Source: an uncultured delta proteobacterium (GTDB taxonomy: Bacteria; Myxococcota_A; UBA9160; SMWR01). From it: 64,000 bases of DNA. The translations under genes and the position numbers were made by a program. Positions 1 through 10,256 of the stretch are shown piece by piece. Position 1 is the first letter of the stretch. Every line of letters starts with the position of its first letter. The notes beneath the pieces were generated by a model. That model was not told the DNA's origin and searched no databases. It saw nothing but the letters and a program-made list of their open reading frames with translations. The stretch lies in NCBI GenBank assembly GCA_963832165.1, contig CAWHTE010000011.1:256001-320000 (forward strand), read 5' to 3'.

Positions 1-2238
1 GCTTCCGGCCCTCGCTCGAGCGGATGCCGCACATCGCGAGCCTGCTGGTTGCGGGCGCACTCGTGAGCACGGCCGTCAGCGCGACGATCGGCGTGACGAC
101 GCTGTGCATCGGCCAGATGCAACCGTGGTCGGCCTTCGCCCCGATCTGGACCGTGTGGTGGATCGGCGACGCGATGAGCGTCGTCGTCATCGCGCCGCTG
201 CTGCTCGTCTGGAGCTCGAGGCCACCGCGCCAGTGGTCGCTGGAGCGGATCGGCGAGGGTGTCGCGCTGCTCGCTGGTCTGTTAGTCGCGCTCTGGCTGA
301 TCTTCTCCACGCGCACGACCCCCGGGGCGAGCCCCGTCCACTATTGGATGTTCCCATTCGTGATCGCAGCGGCGCTGCGATTCGGGCAGCAGGGCACCAC
401 GGCGATCAACGCCGTGGCGTCCGCGGTGGTGATCTGGGGAACGGCTGCCGGGGTCGGGCCCTTCGGCGGCGAAGACGTCGGGCGGGGCCTGGTGCAGGCT
501 CAGCTCTTCCTCGCCGCGATCGCCGTCACGGGCTTGATCCTCGCAGCCGCGATCTCCGAGCGCGCGCTAGGCGATCGGTTCCGGGCGGCGGACTACGCCG
601 CGACCCATGTGCTGGCCGAAGCGGCGAGCCTCGGAGACGGCGCATCCGGGGTGCTGCGCGCCGTCTGCCAGAGTCTGGATTGGGACTTCGGCGCGCTCTG
701 GCTCGTGACGCGAGATGCGCGGCGGCTGCATTGCCTCGAAACGTGGCACGCCCCGTCGCGCGCGTTTCCCGATTTCGAAGCCGAGACGCGCGGCAGCGCG
801 ATTTCCGCGCGGAGTCGGTCTGCCGGGCAGGGTGTGGGAGAGCGGCGAGCCGGCCTGGATTCCCGACGTCGTCGTCGACGCGAATTTTCCCCGCGCCCCG
901 GTGGCCGCGAGCGAAGGGCTGCACGGCGCGTTCGCATTCCCGATCCGCAGCGGAGGCGAGGTCCTCGGGGTGATCGAGTTCTTCAGCCGAGAGCTGCAAC
1001 AGCCCGACGCCGATCTGCTCGCGCGAATCTCGGCGCTCGGCAGCCAGATCGGCCAGTTCATCGATCGCAAGCGATCCGAGGAGGAACGCGAGCAGCTGCT
1101 CGTGCGCGAGCGCGCAGCGCGCAGCGAGGCCGAGACCGCGAACCGCGCCAAGGACGAGTTCCTCGCGATGCTCGGTCACGAGCTGCGCAACCCGCTCGGC
1201 GCGATCGCCAACGCGGGCAGCCTGCTCGAGCAGATCGCGGACGACGATCGAGGTGAGGCGGCGCGCGGGATCATCGCGCGGCAGACCGCGCATCTCGCGG
1301 TGCTCGTCGACGATCTCCTGGACGTCGCCCGCGTCCAATCGGGTCGCGTTCGGCTGCAGCGCGAGGCCGTCGATCTCGGCAAGCTGGTCGAGCGCTGTGT
1401 GGAGACGTCGATGCCGAGCGGCCGCGCGCGCGATCGCGAGCTGCACATTTCGACCATGCCGGTGCTCGTGGACGGCGATCCCGCGCGCCTCGACCAGATC
1501 GTCACGAATCTGCTCTCGAATGCGCTCAAGTACTCGCTGCCGGGCGGGAAGATCTGGGTCGACGTGAGCTGCGATCACGGCCTCGCGGTGCTGCGCGTGA
1601 GAGACGACGGCGTCGGAATCTCGCCGGAGCTCCTGCCGCGCGTCTTCGATCTGTTCATGCAGGCCGACCGATCGCTCGACCGGTCGAAGGGCGGGCTCGG
1701 GCTGGGACTCACGCTGGTGAAGCGGCTGGTCGAGCTGCACGGCGGCATGGTCTCGGCGCATAGCGACGGCCCCGGCATGGGCAGCGAGTTCACCATCGAG
1801 CTTCCACTGGGCCTCTATACGAACGCGCAGCCCACGGATTCGGATCGCACGTCGAAGGTGGTCGCGCGTCGCGTACTCGTCATCGAGGATCACCCGGACG
1901 CGCGCGAGAGCATGTGTTTGTTGTTGACGGCGGCCGGCCACACGGTGAGGGCGGCCGAAGACGGTGTGGAGGGCCTCGCCGTGCTGCGGAGCTGGCGTCC
2001 AGACTTCGCGATCGTCGACATCGGTCTCCCGGGGCTCGACGGATATGCGCTCGCGCGCACGGTGCGGGCCGAGCCCGAATTGAACGGCGTCCGCCTCGTG
2101 GCGTTGACCGGCTACGGTCAGAGCGAGGACCAGACCCGTGCGATCGAGGCCGGCTTCCAGCTGCACCTGGTCAAGCCCGTGGCCGTGGACACCCTGAATC
2201 GGGTGTTCGAAGGCGAAGAGGATCCTAGAGGCAGCTGA
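1..2238 (+). CDS. Hybrid sensor histidine kinase/response regulator (MASE1 + GAF + HisKA/HATPase + receiver); 5' partial, frameshift near 800
   Basis: ORF 24..1256 gives MASE1-like TM helices (WWIGDAMS) and the start of a GAF domain. ORF 715..2238 continues with FPRGVGLPGRVW, H-box FLAMLGHELRNPL, N/G boxes and a receiver (IVDIGLPGLDG). Confidence 0.85.
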
Positions 2239-3007
2239 GCACGCTCTTGGGGTCGTCCCTCTTTCCGCTGATCCACTCCGCGATGGCGTCGTACGGGCCG
2301 CCCAGCTTGCCGTCTTCGACCTGCCGCCGCGTTTCGGCCGTCTCCTTGCGGATCACCGCGAGCCACTGTGCGAGGCCCGGAGACGGCTTGCCGCCGAGCG
2401 TCTCGGTTTCGACGATGTTGTTCACGAACGTGAACAGCATGAGCTTCTCGGGCTCGAGCTGCTCGACGTCATCCGCCGAGTGGATCTGGTCGGCCAGCGA
2501 GGCGTCCGTGACGTCCGTGTGGGTGGGGCAGGTCGCGGAGCTCTGCGGACAGATGCGCCGCCACTCGATCACGCGTCCGTCGACCTCGCGGCTGCCTTCG
2601 CGCAGCTTCCCGATCCAGCAGTGGAGCTGGTCGCGCTCGGCGGCTCCGCTCACCTTGTCCTCGATCGCGGCATCCAGGAGATCGAGCGGCACGAAGTTGT
2701 CGGCGAGCACCTTGCGCAGCGTCGCCCGAGTCGGTGTCGCGAGCGCGTAGTGGAACGCGTGCGACAGCTCGTCTCCGGTGTCCGACTCGCCGAGCTGCTC
2801 GTGCAGCTCCTTCGAACAGGCCGGAGTTGCCACGAGGAACAGGGTCTTGATCCGGTCGCGCCGCTCGAGCGCGGCGGGATCATCCGGCTTGAAGCGCAGC
2901 TCGAGCTCACTGCTCAACTTCTCGCGCGTCTCGTCGCAATCCGCGGCCGACGCCGCGGTGGGTAGGATCGCGACGCCGAGCGCCAGGATCAGCGTGTACT
3001 GCCTCAT
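2225..3007 (-). CDS. Hypothetical secreted protein
   Basis: ATG at 3007 with GGAGG RBS; signal peptide MRQYTLILALGVAILPTAASAA; several Cys; no recognised domain. Confidence 0.65.
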   Translation of the reverse strand: MRQYTLILALGVAILPTAASAADCDETREKLSSELELRFKPDDPAALERRDRIKTLFLVATPACSKELHEQLGESDTGDELSHAFHYALATPTRATLRKVLADNFVPLDLLDAAIEDKVSGAAERDQLHCWIGKLREGSREVDGRVIEWRRICPQSSATCPTHTDVTDASLADQIHSADDVEQLEPEKLMLFTFVNNIVETETLGGKPSPGLAQWLAVIRKETAETRRQVEDGKLGGPYDAIAEWISGKRDDPKSVLSCL

Positions 3008-3018
3008 GCGACCTCCAA

Positions 3019-3426
3019 CTAGCTGGCGGACTTCCCCACCAGAGCCAGCAATGCCTCGCGGCGCGGCTTCGGCAGCCGGCGCACCTTGCCGGTCGTGTCG
3101 ACGGCGGCGTGCTCGGTCGCACCGGTCGCGATCACGTCGTCTCCCACGCACAGGACGTAGGCCATGCGCAGCGAGGCGAAGCGCACCTCCTCGCACCAGA
3201 CGGTGATTTCGACGACGTCGGCGAAGCGCGCGGGGCGGTGATAGTCCACCTCCACGCGCGTCGTGGCGAAGTGCATCCCGCTCTCGACGTACTGCTCGTA
3301 GGGCTGGTCGTGCTGTTCGAGGAACGCGATCCGGCCCAGCTCGAAGTAACGCACGTGGTTCGAGTGGTGCACGATGCCCATCGCATCGGTTTCGTAGAAG
3401 GGCACCGCGTGTCGGACCGTGCTCAC
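3019..3426 (-). CDS. Acyl-CoA thioesterase (YbgC/FadM hot-dog family)
   Basis: Motif VPFYETDAMGIVHHSNHVRYFELGR in the C-terminal part of ORF 3019..5118; start (GTG 3426) approximate. Confidence 0.85.
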   Translation of the reverse strand: MSTVRHAVPFYETDAMGIVHHSNHVRYFELGRIAFLEQHDQPYEQYVESGMHFATTRVEVDYHRPARFADVVEITVWCEEVRFASLRMAYVLCVGDDVIATGATEHAAVDTTGKVRRLPKPRREALLALVGKSAS

Positions 3427-3458
3427 GGCGGCACCCGAAGGCGGCTCCGACCCCTGAC

Positions 3459-4217
3459 TCAGAACGAATCCTTCTGCGCGCGCCGGCGCCCGAGCTCGGC
3501 CGCGTCCGCGCTGCGCATGAACGGATTGGTCGCGCGCTCGTCGGCGATCGTCGACGGGATCGTCATCTCGTCGGGGGTGGCGTCGTGCCAGTCGGCTGCG
3601 GCGTTCGCGCGGATCCGCGCGACGCGCTCGAGCGCCTGCTTCACCGCGGCGTTGTCGGGCTCGACGTGTGCGGCGAAGCGCAGGTTGCTCGCGGTGTACT
3701 CGTGCCCGCAGTACACGCGCGTGGCGTCGGGCAGCGCCGCGAGCTTCTCGCACAGCGCGGTGTACATCATCTCGGGCGTGCCCTCGAACAGTCGGCCGCA
3801 GCCCGCCGCAAACAGCGTGTCGCCGCAGAACACCGCCTGGGCATCGTCGAACACGTAGGCGATGTGGCCGCGCGTGTGTGCGGGGATGAACAAGATGTGC
3901 GCCTGCTCGCGCCCGACGCTCACCGTGTCGCCTTCTTCGAGGCCGTGGGTCTGCCCGGGCAGGCGGCCCTCGTCGGAGCGATGTCCGTAGACCGGCGCGT
4001 CGTAGCGCTTGGCGAGCGCGGGGTTGGCCATCGAGTGATCGGGGTGGTGGTGCGTCGACAGGATCTTCGTGACCCGCACGCCGAGCGCTTCCGCGCGCGC
4101 CACCACGGGCGCCTCCTCGGGCGCGTCGACGACGGCCGCCTCGCCCGAGGCCTCGCAGACGATCAGATAGGTGTAGTTGTCGCGCAGCGTCGGGATGCGT
4201 TCGATGCGGAGTGCCAT
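3459..4217 (-). CDS. gloB: Hydroxyacylglutathione hydrolase (glyoxalase II)
   Basis: DNYTYL, THHHPDH metallo-beta-lactamase motif, GDTLFAAGCGRLFEG, CGHEYT, ERATNPF, C-terminal KDSF. Confidence 0.92.
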   Translation of the reverse strand: MALRIERIPTLRDNYTYLIVCEASGEAAVVDAPEEAPVVARAEALGVRVTKILSTHHHPDHSMANPALAKRYDAPVYGHRSDEGRLPGQTHGLEEGDTVSVGREQAHILFIPAHTRGHIAYVFDDAQAVFCGDTLFAAGCGRLFEGTPEMMYTALCEKLAALPDATRVYCGHEYTASNLRFAAHVEPDNAAVKQALERVARIRANAAADWHDATPDEMTIPSTIADERATNPFMRSADAAELGRRRAQKDSF

Positions 4218-4229
4218 GACGCCGCCAAA

Positions 4230-5118
4230 CTAGAACATCAGCGCGAGCTGTGCCGGGGGCGCTTCGGAAGCAACGCGTGCACCGCGGGGCGCGTAGGCCG
4301 GCCGATCCTCGCGCCGTTCGGAACTGGCGGGACATCCCTCGCGGTACTCGCACCAGCGGCACAGCGCGGAGGGCTTCGGCTCGAACGCCGTCTCGCTGCG
4401 GATCCGGTCGATCAGCGCGCGCGTCTGCGCGGCGAGCTCGCCGAGCTGCTCGGGCGTGCGCGTGGAGACCAGCGTGCGCCGCTGGCGCAGGTAGCGCCAG
4501 ACGAGCCGGACCGGGCGCTGCGCGCCGAACCGCGCGCCGATGCCGATCTGATAGAGCGCGAGCTGGCGATCCTCGTCCGCCTCCGCCTGGCTCGGCACGC
4601 GTGCGGAGGTCTTGTAGTCCTGGATCTCGATCGTGCCATCGCGCGTGCGCGCGATCCGGTCGACGAAGCCCTGTACGCGCGTATTTTCCGCCAGCCCCGA
4701 GGTCGAAGCTCACGTGCTCCTCGAGCGCGAGCGTCTCGTCGCGATCGAACGGATAGTGCTCGCGGTAGTAGTTCGCGAGACACTGCTCGCCGAGCTCGCG
4801 GTAGAACTCGAGCGGAGTGCCCTCGCGCGCGATCCTCACCCGGCTCGCGTCGTACGCTTCCTCGAACATCTGCTGGAAGCGCGCCAGCACCTTCGGAAGG
4901 GAAGGCACCCCGACGCTCTCCGCGGCGCGGTGCAGGCGCTCGAGCACCTCGTGCACGCGCTTGCCCACGAAGCCCTCGATCGACTCGCCCTCGGCCGGGA
5001 TCTTCCAGAGATACCGGTACTGGAACTTGCGCGGACAGCGCTCGAACGAGGACAGCCGCGAGTGGCTGTACACGTCGCTCGCGCTTCCGACCGGCCCCTC
5101 GCTGCGAACTTCCACCAA
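4230..5118 (-). CDS. PD-(D/E)XK nuclease family protein (RecB/AddB/Cas4-like); frameshift near 4685
   Basis: N-terminal YSHSRLSSFERCPRKFQYRY and GKRVHEVLE; after the shift GFVDRI...IQDYKTS, QLALY and LCRWCEYREGCP. Confidence 0.85.
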
Positions 5119-5228
5119 CGCCTCGTGCGCTCGGCCGGTGGGCCGTGCGCGGATCCTCGGGACGCCAGGCGTTGGAATGGAGGAGGGGTACTCACGCCCG
5201 AGTGATCGCAGTGCACCCTACCACCGTC

Positions 5229-5267
5229 TTGACCCCGAGGGGCCTCAAGGGGTATTAGTGATACACT
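5229..5267 (+). promoter_or_regulatory. Candidate sigma70-type promoter elements and palindrome upstream of cysE
   Basis: TTGACC at 5229 lies inside the inverted repeat CTTGA-N12-TCAAG; extended -10-like TGATACACT at 5259-5267. Confidence 0.3.
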
Positions 5268-5318
5268 GCGAACTCGCGCCCTCAGGAGCCCTCCGTGGGG
5301 AAGCCTTCGGTCCTGCGC

Positions 5319-6207
5319 ATGACTGCCGATCCGACGATCGATCCCGACGTTATCGAGAGCGCCGTCGCCGGCCTCGCCGGCGGCGAGGACAGCGTGCTGG
5401 CCCAGGCCGCGCGCGAGGGATTGCCCGAGCCCGGCGACGTGGCCGAGTGGGTCGACCGCTGCAAGCGCCTCGTGCTCGTGGAGCGCGAGCGCTCTTCCCT
5501 GCGCTCCGAGGTCCCCGCGCTCGCGCAGCGGCTGCTCGAGCTGCTCAACGCGGTGTGCCCGTCCGGCAACTGCGAGCAACAGGCGATCGTCGAGGCGTTT
5601 CTGCCGCGGCTCCAGCACATCCGCGAGAGCCTCGATGAAGACGTCGACGCCGCCTTCCGCGGCGATCCGGCCGCGCGCGGCTACGGCGAGATCGTCGCCG
5701 CCTATCCCGCGATCCGCGCGATCGCAGTGCACCGGATTGCGCACGAGCTGCTACAAGCTGAACGCGCTGATCCTGCCGCGCATGATGTCCGAGCACGCGC
5801 ATCAGCAGACCGGCATCGACATCCATCCCGGCGCGAAGATCGGCCGGCGCTTCTTCATCGATCACGGCACGGGCGTGGTGATCGGGGAGACGACCGAGAT
5901 CGGAAACGACGTGCGGATCTACCAGGGCGTCACGCTCGGCGCGCTCTCGCCGCGCCACGGCGAGTCGCTGCGCGGGCGCAAGCGCCACCCCACGATCGAG
6001 GACGACGTCACGATCTACGCGGGCGCCACGATCCTCGGCGGCGACACCGTGATCGGCCGTGGCAGCGTGATCGGCGGCAACGTGTGGCTCACGTCGTCGA
6101 TCGAGCCGGGCTCGCGCGTCGCGTTCGAGCCGCCGCGCGTCGGCGTGCACCCGCGCGGAGACCACGGCCTGCCCGAGCAGCTTGCCTGGCCGCTCGACGA
6201 GAAGTGA
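5319..6207 (+). CDS. cysE: Serine O-acetyltransferase; frameshift near 5751
   Basis: [12 protein letters not shown]...[16 protein letters not shown], then [37 protein letters not shown] and KRHPTIED hexapeptide repeats. Confidence 0.9.
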
Positions 6208-7094
6208 ACGCGCAGACGTCCGACGCTGCCGCGCAGCCCGAGCTCGAGGACGTGGAAGAGGTGCGCGCGCGCGCGCACGCGGCGCTTGCCGACGTGGAGC
6301 GGATCGTCGCGGTGATGAGCGGGAAGGGCGGCGTAGGCAAGAGCGCCGTGGCCGTGAATCTGGCCGCGGCGCTGGGCCTGCGCGGTCGCCGGATCGGATT
6401 GCTCGACGCCGACCTGCACGGCCCTTCCGTGGCACACATGCTCGGTCTGCGCGGACAGCCCGTGCGGATCGGCACCGACGAACGCCTGCGCCCGATCGCG
6501 GGACCGGCGGGTCTGGCCGTGCAGAGCATGGACTTCTTCCTGCAGGGCAATCAGGCGCTCGACTGGGAGGGCACCGACGGCTCGGGCGCGACCTGGCGCA
6601 GTGCGCTCGAGCAGGCCGCGCTCGCGGACCTGATCGGGCGCACGGCATGGGGCGAGCTCGACTGTCTCGTGATCGACCTCGCGCCGGGCGCCGACCGGCT
6701 GCCCGCGCTCGTGCCGTTCCTGACCGAGCGCGTCGTGGCGCTCGCCGTGACGATTCCCACCGAGGTCGCGCTGCTCGCGGTCGAGCGCTCGCTGCGGCGC
6801 GCATTCGAGGCGCGCGTGCCGGTCGCGGGGCTGGTCGAGAACTTCGCGAGCGCGATGTGCGGCGAGTGCGGGGCCGAGGTGGCGCTGTTTCGCGAGGCCG
6901 ATCCCGCGCCGCGCTTCGCGTCGATGGGCATCGAGGTGATCGCGCGGATCCCGTTCGATCCCGCGCTCGCGCGCGACGCCGACGCGGGCCGTCCCTATGT
7001 CGCGGGTCCGGGTGCGGCCGCGCCGGCCGGGCGCGCGCTCGCGGCGCTCGCCGAGCGCGTCCTCTGTTACCCTGGCGCGCCGGAGGGCACATGA
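6204..7094 (+). CDS. mrp: Mrp/NBP35 (ApbC) P-loop Fe-S carrier ATPase
   Basis: [48 protein letters not shown] start overlaps the cysE stop. Confidence 0.85.
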   Translation: MNAQTSDAAAQPELEDVEEVRARAHAALADVERIVAVMSGKGGVGKSAVAVNLAAALGLRGRRIGLLDADLHGPSVAHMLGLRGQPVRIGTDERLRPIAGPAGLAVQSMDFFLQGNQALDWEGTDGSGATWRSALEQAALADLIGRTAWGELDCLVIDLAPGADRLPALVPFLTERVVALAVTIPTEVALLAVERSLRRAFEARVPVAGLVENFASAMCGECGAEVALFREADPAPRFASMGIEVIARIPFDPALARDADAGRPYVAGPGAAAPAGRALAALAERVLCYPGAPEGT

Positions 7095-7561
7095 TCGCAG
7101 CTCGAGCCGTGTGCGCGTTGCTGTTCGCGGTCGCAGTCTTTGCGGGACCCGCCGCCGCGGAGGAGCCCGCGACCGATGCCTCCACGCGCTGGGCGTACGA
7201 TCTCGCGAACGAACTGATGAGCCCGTTCTGTCCGGGTCGCTCGCTCGCGGACTGCCCGTCGCCCGACGCTGCGAGCTTGCGCATGTGGATCCTCGTGCAG
7301 GCAGCTGCGGGCCGTACGCGCGACGACGTCGAGCAGGAGCTCTTCGAGCGTTATGGCGAGATGATCCGCTCGACGCCCAAAGCCGAGGGGATCGGCACCA
7401 CCGCGTACGTGATCCCGGTGGCCGCGTTCGCGGCGGGAGGCGCGTTGGTTGCCTGGTTCCTGCGCCGCGCGACGCGCCGCGCTGCGGCGCAGCCGGCGCC
7501 CACGGCGCAGACGCTCGATCCCGAGGTCGAGCGCCGGATCGACGAGGCGCTCTCGCGGTGA
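7091..7561 (+). CDS. ccmH: Cytochrome c biogenesis CcmH/NrfF-like protein
   Basis: Signal peptide, LMSPFCPGRSLADCPS, FERYGEMIRSTP, C-terminal TM helix. Confidence 0.75.
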   Translation: MIAARAVCALLFAVAVFAGPAAAEEPATDASTRWAYDLANELMSPFCPGRSLADCPSPDAASLRMWILVQAAAGRTRDDVEQELFERYGEMIRSTPKAEGIGTTAYVIPVAAFAAGGALVAWFLRRATRRAAAQPAPTAQTLDPEVERRIDEALSR

Positions 7562-8115
7562 AGGTCTATACCCGCCGCGGCGACGGTGGGCAGACCGATC
7601 TGTTCGGTGGCGAGCGGGTCGCGAAGGACGCACTGCGCGTGGAGGCCTACGGCGCGGTCGACGAGCTCAACGCCGTCCTGGGCACCGCCGCAGCCGCGAC
7701 CGACGAGCGCGACCTGCGCGAGCTTCTCGCCCAGCTCCAGTCGCTCTTGTTCGCGCTGGGCGGCTCGCTCGCGACGCCCGAAGCCGCGCATCGCGCCAAG
7801 AGCGGGATCCCGGAAGCGACGCGCGCCGATATCGACGAGCTCGAGCGCCGGATCGACTCGTTCGAGACGGAGCTCGCGCCGCTCAAGCGCTTCGTGCTCC
7901 CGGGCGGCACGCCCGCGGCTGCGGCGCTGCACGTCGCGCGCACGGTGTGCCGACGCGCCGAGCGGCGCTGCGTCGAGCTCGCGCGCGACGAGGCGATCGA
8001 TGCGACCGGCATCGCGTTCCTGAATCGGCTGTCCGATCTGCTCTTCGTGATGGCGCGCGTCGCGAACCGGCGCGCGGGCGTGGCCGACGTCGAGTGGGAG
8101 GGCATCCGGCGCTGA
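7558..8115 (+). CDS. ATP:cob(I)alamin adenosyltransferase (PduO type)
   Basis: KVYTRRGDGGQTDL, RVEAYGAVDELNA, FVLPGG, ARTVCRRAER, FLNRLSDLLFVMAR. Confidence 0.92.
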   Translation: MKVYTRRGDGGQTDLFGGERVAKDALRVEAYGAVDELNAVLGTAAAATDERDLRELLAQLQSLLFALGGSLATPEAAHRAKSGIPEATRADIDELERRIDSFETELAPLKRFVLPGGTPAAAALHVARTVCRRAERRCVELARDEAIDATGIAFLNRLSDLLFVMARVANRRAGVADVEWEGIRR

Positions 8116-8558
8116 TGCTCGCGAGCGTGTCGATCCTATTCGCGTACGGGACGCTGCGGCGCGGTGCGCCGATGCACGGCCTGCTCGAGGGCCGCACGAC
8201 CTGGCTCGGGCTCGCGAGTGTGGCGGGGCGCCTCGTCGATCTCGGCGCGTTTCCGGGTCTCGTTCTCGCGCTCGAACCCGGCGACCGCGTACAGGGCGAC
8301 CTGTTCGCGATCGCAGACGCAGAGCGCGAGGAGCTGCTCGACGCGCTCGACCGCTACGAGGGCGCGAGCTTCGAGCGCGTGCAGCAGGCGATCGAAGGGC
8401 CCGAGGGTCCCGTGCTCGCGTGGCTCTACGCCTATCGCGGCGAGGTGGATGGGCGCCCGGTCGTCGCGGGCGGCGATTACCTCGCGGTCGTTCAGCCGAC
8501 GTCGGCGCCGGCCGCCGCCGACTCGGCGAGCTCGGTCACGCGATCCATCTCGCGCTGA
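8115..8558 (+). CDS. Gamma-glutamylcyclotransferase family protein
   Basis: LFAYGTLRRG motif and LDRYEG; TGATG coupling with the upstream gene. Confidence 0.85.
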   Translation: MLASVSILFAYGTLRRGAPMHGLLEGRTTWLGLASVAGRLVDLGAFPGLVLALEPGDRVQGDLFAIADAEREELLDALDRYEGASFERVQQAIEGPEGPVLAWLYAYRGEVDGRPVVAGGDYLAVVQPTSAPAAADSASSVTRSISR

Positions 8559-9154
8559 ATCTGCGCGAGATAGTCGGCATCGCTCCCGCCCTCGCGCGGC
8601 ACCCAGATCGGCTCGCTGTACGCATAGCAGACGCGTGAGAACGGCTTGGGAATCGCGAAGCGGTCCCAGGTGCGCAGCCGCCAGCAGCGCTCGACGCCGA
8701 TCCCGATCGCCACGAGCGGGCGACCGGACAGACGCGCGAGCGCGACGAGGCCCGGCTGGGCGCTGCGCCGCGGCCCGCGCGGGCCATCGGGCGTGATCGC
8801 GGTGCGCGCGCCCTGCCGCAGGCTCTTCACCAACACGCGCGTGGCTGCGAGCGAGCCCTTCGAGCTGGAGCCGCGCACCGGGGTGTATCCCATTTGCTCG
8901 GTGATCCGCGCGATCCGCTCGCCGTCGCGGCTCGCCGAGATCATCACGTGAACGCCGCAGTGCCGATAGAGCCACACCCCGAGCAGGAGCGTCTCGTGCC
9001 ACAGCGGCCAGACCGCGCTCTCGCGCGCGGTGCGCATGCTCCACTCCACACAACCGATCTCGCGCGAGCGCAGCGTCCAGCCGACCGCGTACAGCAGCGC
9101 GATCGCGGCGCGGAGCAGCAGGCGTTCGGGCCAGGATGGCCGTTGCGGTTCCAT
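8492..9154 (-). CDS. Lysophospholipid acyltransferase-like protein (DUF374)
   Basis: WH, MISASRDGE, VRGSSSKG, AITPDGPRGP, WDRFAIPKPFSR. Confidence 0.88.
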   Translation of the reverse strand: MEPQRPSWPERLLLRAAIALLYAVGWTLRSREIGCVEWSMRTARESAVWPLWHETLLLGVWLYRHCGVHVMISASRDGERIARITEQMGYTPVRGSSSKGSLAATRVLVKSLRQGARTAITPDGPRGPRRSAQPGLVALARLSGRPLVAIGIGVERCWRLRTWDRFAIPKPFSRVCYAYSEPIWVPREGGSDADYLAQIQREMDRVTELAESAAAGADVG

Positions 9155-9188
9155 GTAACGCCGAGGGAGGCTCGCGCGTATTGGGCTC

Positions 9189-10256
9189 ATGAACAACCTC
9201 ATCGCAGTCGCCGTGATCTCCATGGGCATGGCCGCGTTCGCCGCGCTCGAGGCGGCGATCCCGCTCCGCGCGCGCGGTCGCTGGAACCGGGCGCACCTCC
9301 TCCCCAATCTCTCCCTCGTCGCGATCGCGTTCGCGACCAATGCGCTCATGAACATCCCGCTCCTGGCCGCGCTCGCATGGGCGCAGTCGGCGGGCTTCGG
9401 CTTGCTGCCCGCGCTCGGGCTCCCCGCCGTCTGGAGCGCAGCGCTCGGGGTGATCGGATTCGATCTCGCGTGGTATGCGACGCACGTGTCGATGCACAAG
9501 AGCGCGCGCATGTGGCGCTACCACCGCGTGCACCATTCGGACCCGACCGTCGACGTGACCACGGCGATCCGACAGCACCCCGGCGAGAGCGTGATCCGCT
9601 ATGTCTACCTCGCGGCGTTCGGGCTCGCGCTCGGCGCCACACCCGCCGCGTTCGTGATCTATCGGATCTGGTCGGCCGTACACGGGCTGTTCGAGCACGC
9701 GAACATCGGGCTTCCGCTCTGGCTCGACCGCGCGATCTCGTGGGTGTTCGCCTCGCCGAACATGCACAAGGTCCACCACTCGCGCGCGCCGCATTGCACC
9801 AATACCAACTACGGAAACATCTTCGCGCTGTTCGACCGCTCGTTCCGGACCTTCACACCTGCGCGGCACGGTCTGGACGTCGACTACGGGCTCGACGGCT
9901 TCGACGATCCGGCGCTGCAGACGGCAGCCGGTCTGCTCGCGCTGCCGTTCCGAGCCGAGCCCGAACACCGCGGAGCCGTCCTCGCCGTTCAGCGCAACAG
10001 TTCGAGCAGCTCGTCGCGCGTGATCGCGGGCAGCCGATGGACTTCGCTCGCCTTCGGCTCGCTGCGCGAACGTCGGCAGCCCCGAGCGCAGCCTCCGCGA
10101 GCGCGCGCTTGCGCGCCTGAAGCGCGAGCACGCGCTCCTCGACCGTATCCGTTGCAACCAGGCGGTAGACCATCACGGGCCGCGTCTGTCCGATCCGGTG
10201 CGCGCGATCGGCGGCCTGTTCCTCGACCGCGGGATTCCACCAGGGGTCGAGGATGA
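9189..10256 (+). CDS. Sterol desaturase / fatty acid hydroxylase family protein (true 3' end uncertain)
   Basis: His boxes [28 protein letters not shown]; the tail runs antisense into the helicase. Confidence 0.82.
   Translation: MNNLIAVAVISMGMAAFAALEAAIPLRARGRWNRAHLLPNLSLVAIAFATNALMNIPLLAALAWAQSAGFGLLPALGLPAVWSAALGVIGFDLAWYATHVSMHKSARMWRYHRVHHSDPTVDVTTAIRQHPGESVIRYVYLAAFGLALGATPAAFVIYRIWSAVHGLFEHANIGLPLWLDRAISWVFASPNMHKVHHSRAPHCTNTNYGNIFALFDRSFRTFTPARHGLDVDYGLDGFDDPALQTAAGLLALPFRAEPEHRGAVLAVQRNSSSSSSRVIAGSRWTSLAFGSLRERRQPRAQPPRARACAPEARARAPRPYPLQPGGRPSRAASVRSGARDRRPVPRPRDSTRGRG

Noticed and set aside
1108..1134. GAGCGCGCAGCGCGCAGCGAGGCCGAG resembling the structured repeat
   Set aside because: It encodes the ordinary ERAARSEAE coiled coil before HisKA and lacks the GAA hairpin and 3' half.
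3019..5118. Apparent 699-aa nuclease-thioesterase fusion ORF
   Set aside because: It is an artefact of the nuclease frameshift reading through gloB in a junk frame.
5295..7094. Apparent CysE-Mrp fusion ORF
   Set aside because: It is produced by the cysE frameshift; mrp has its own GTG overlapping the cysE stop.
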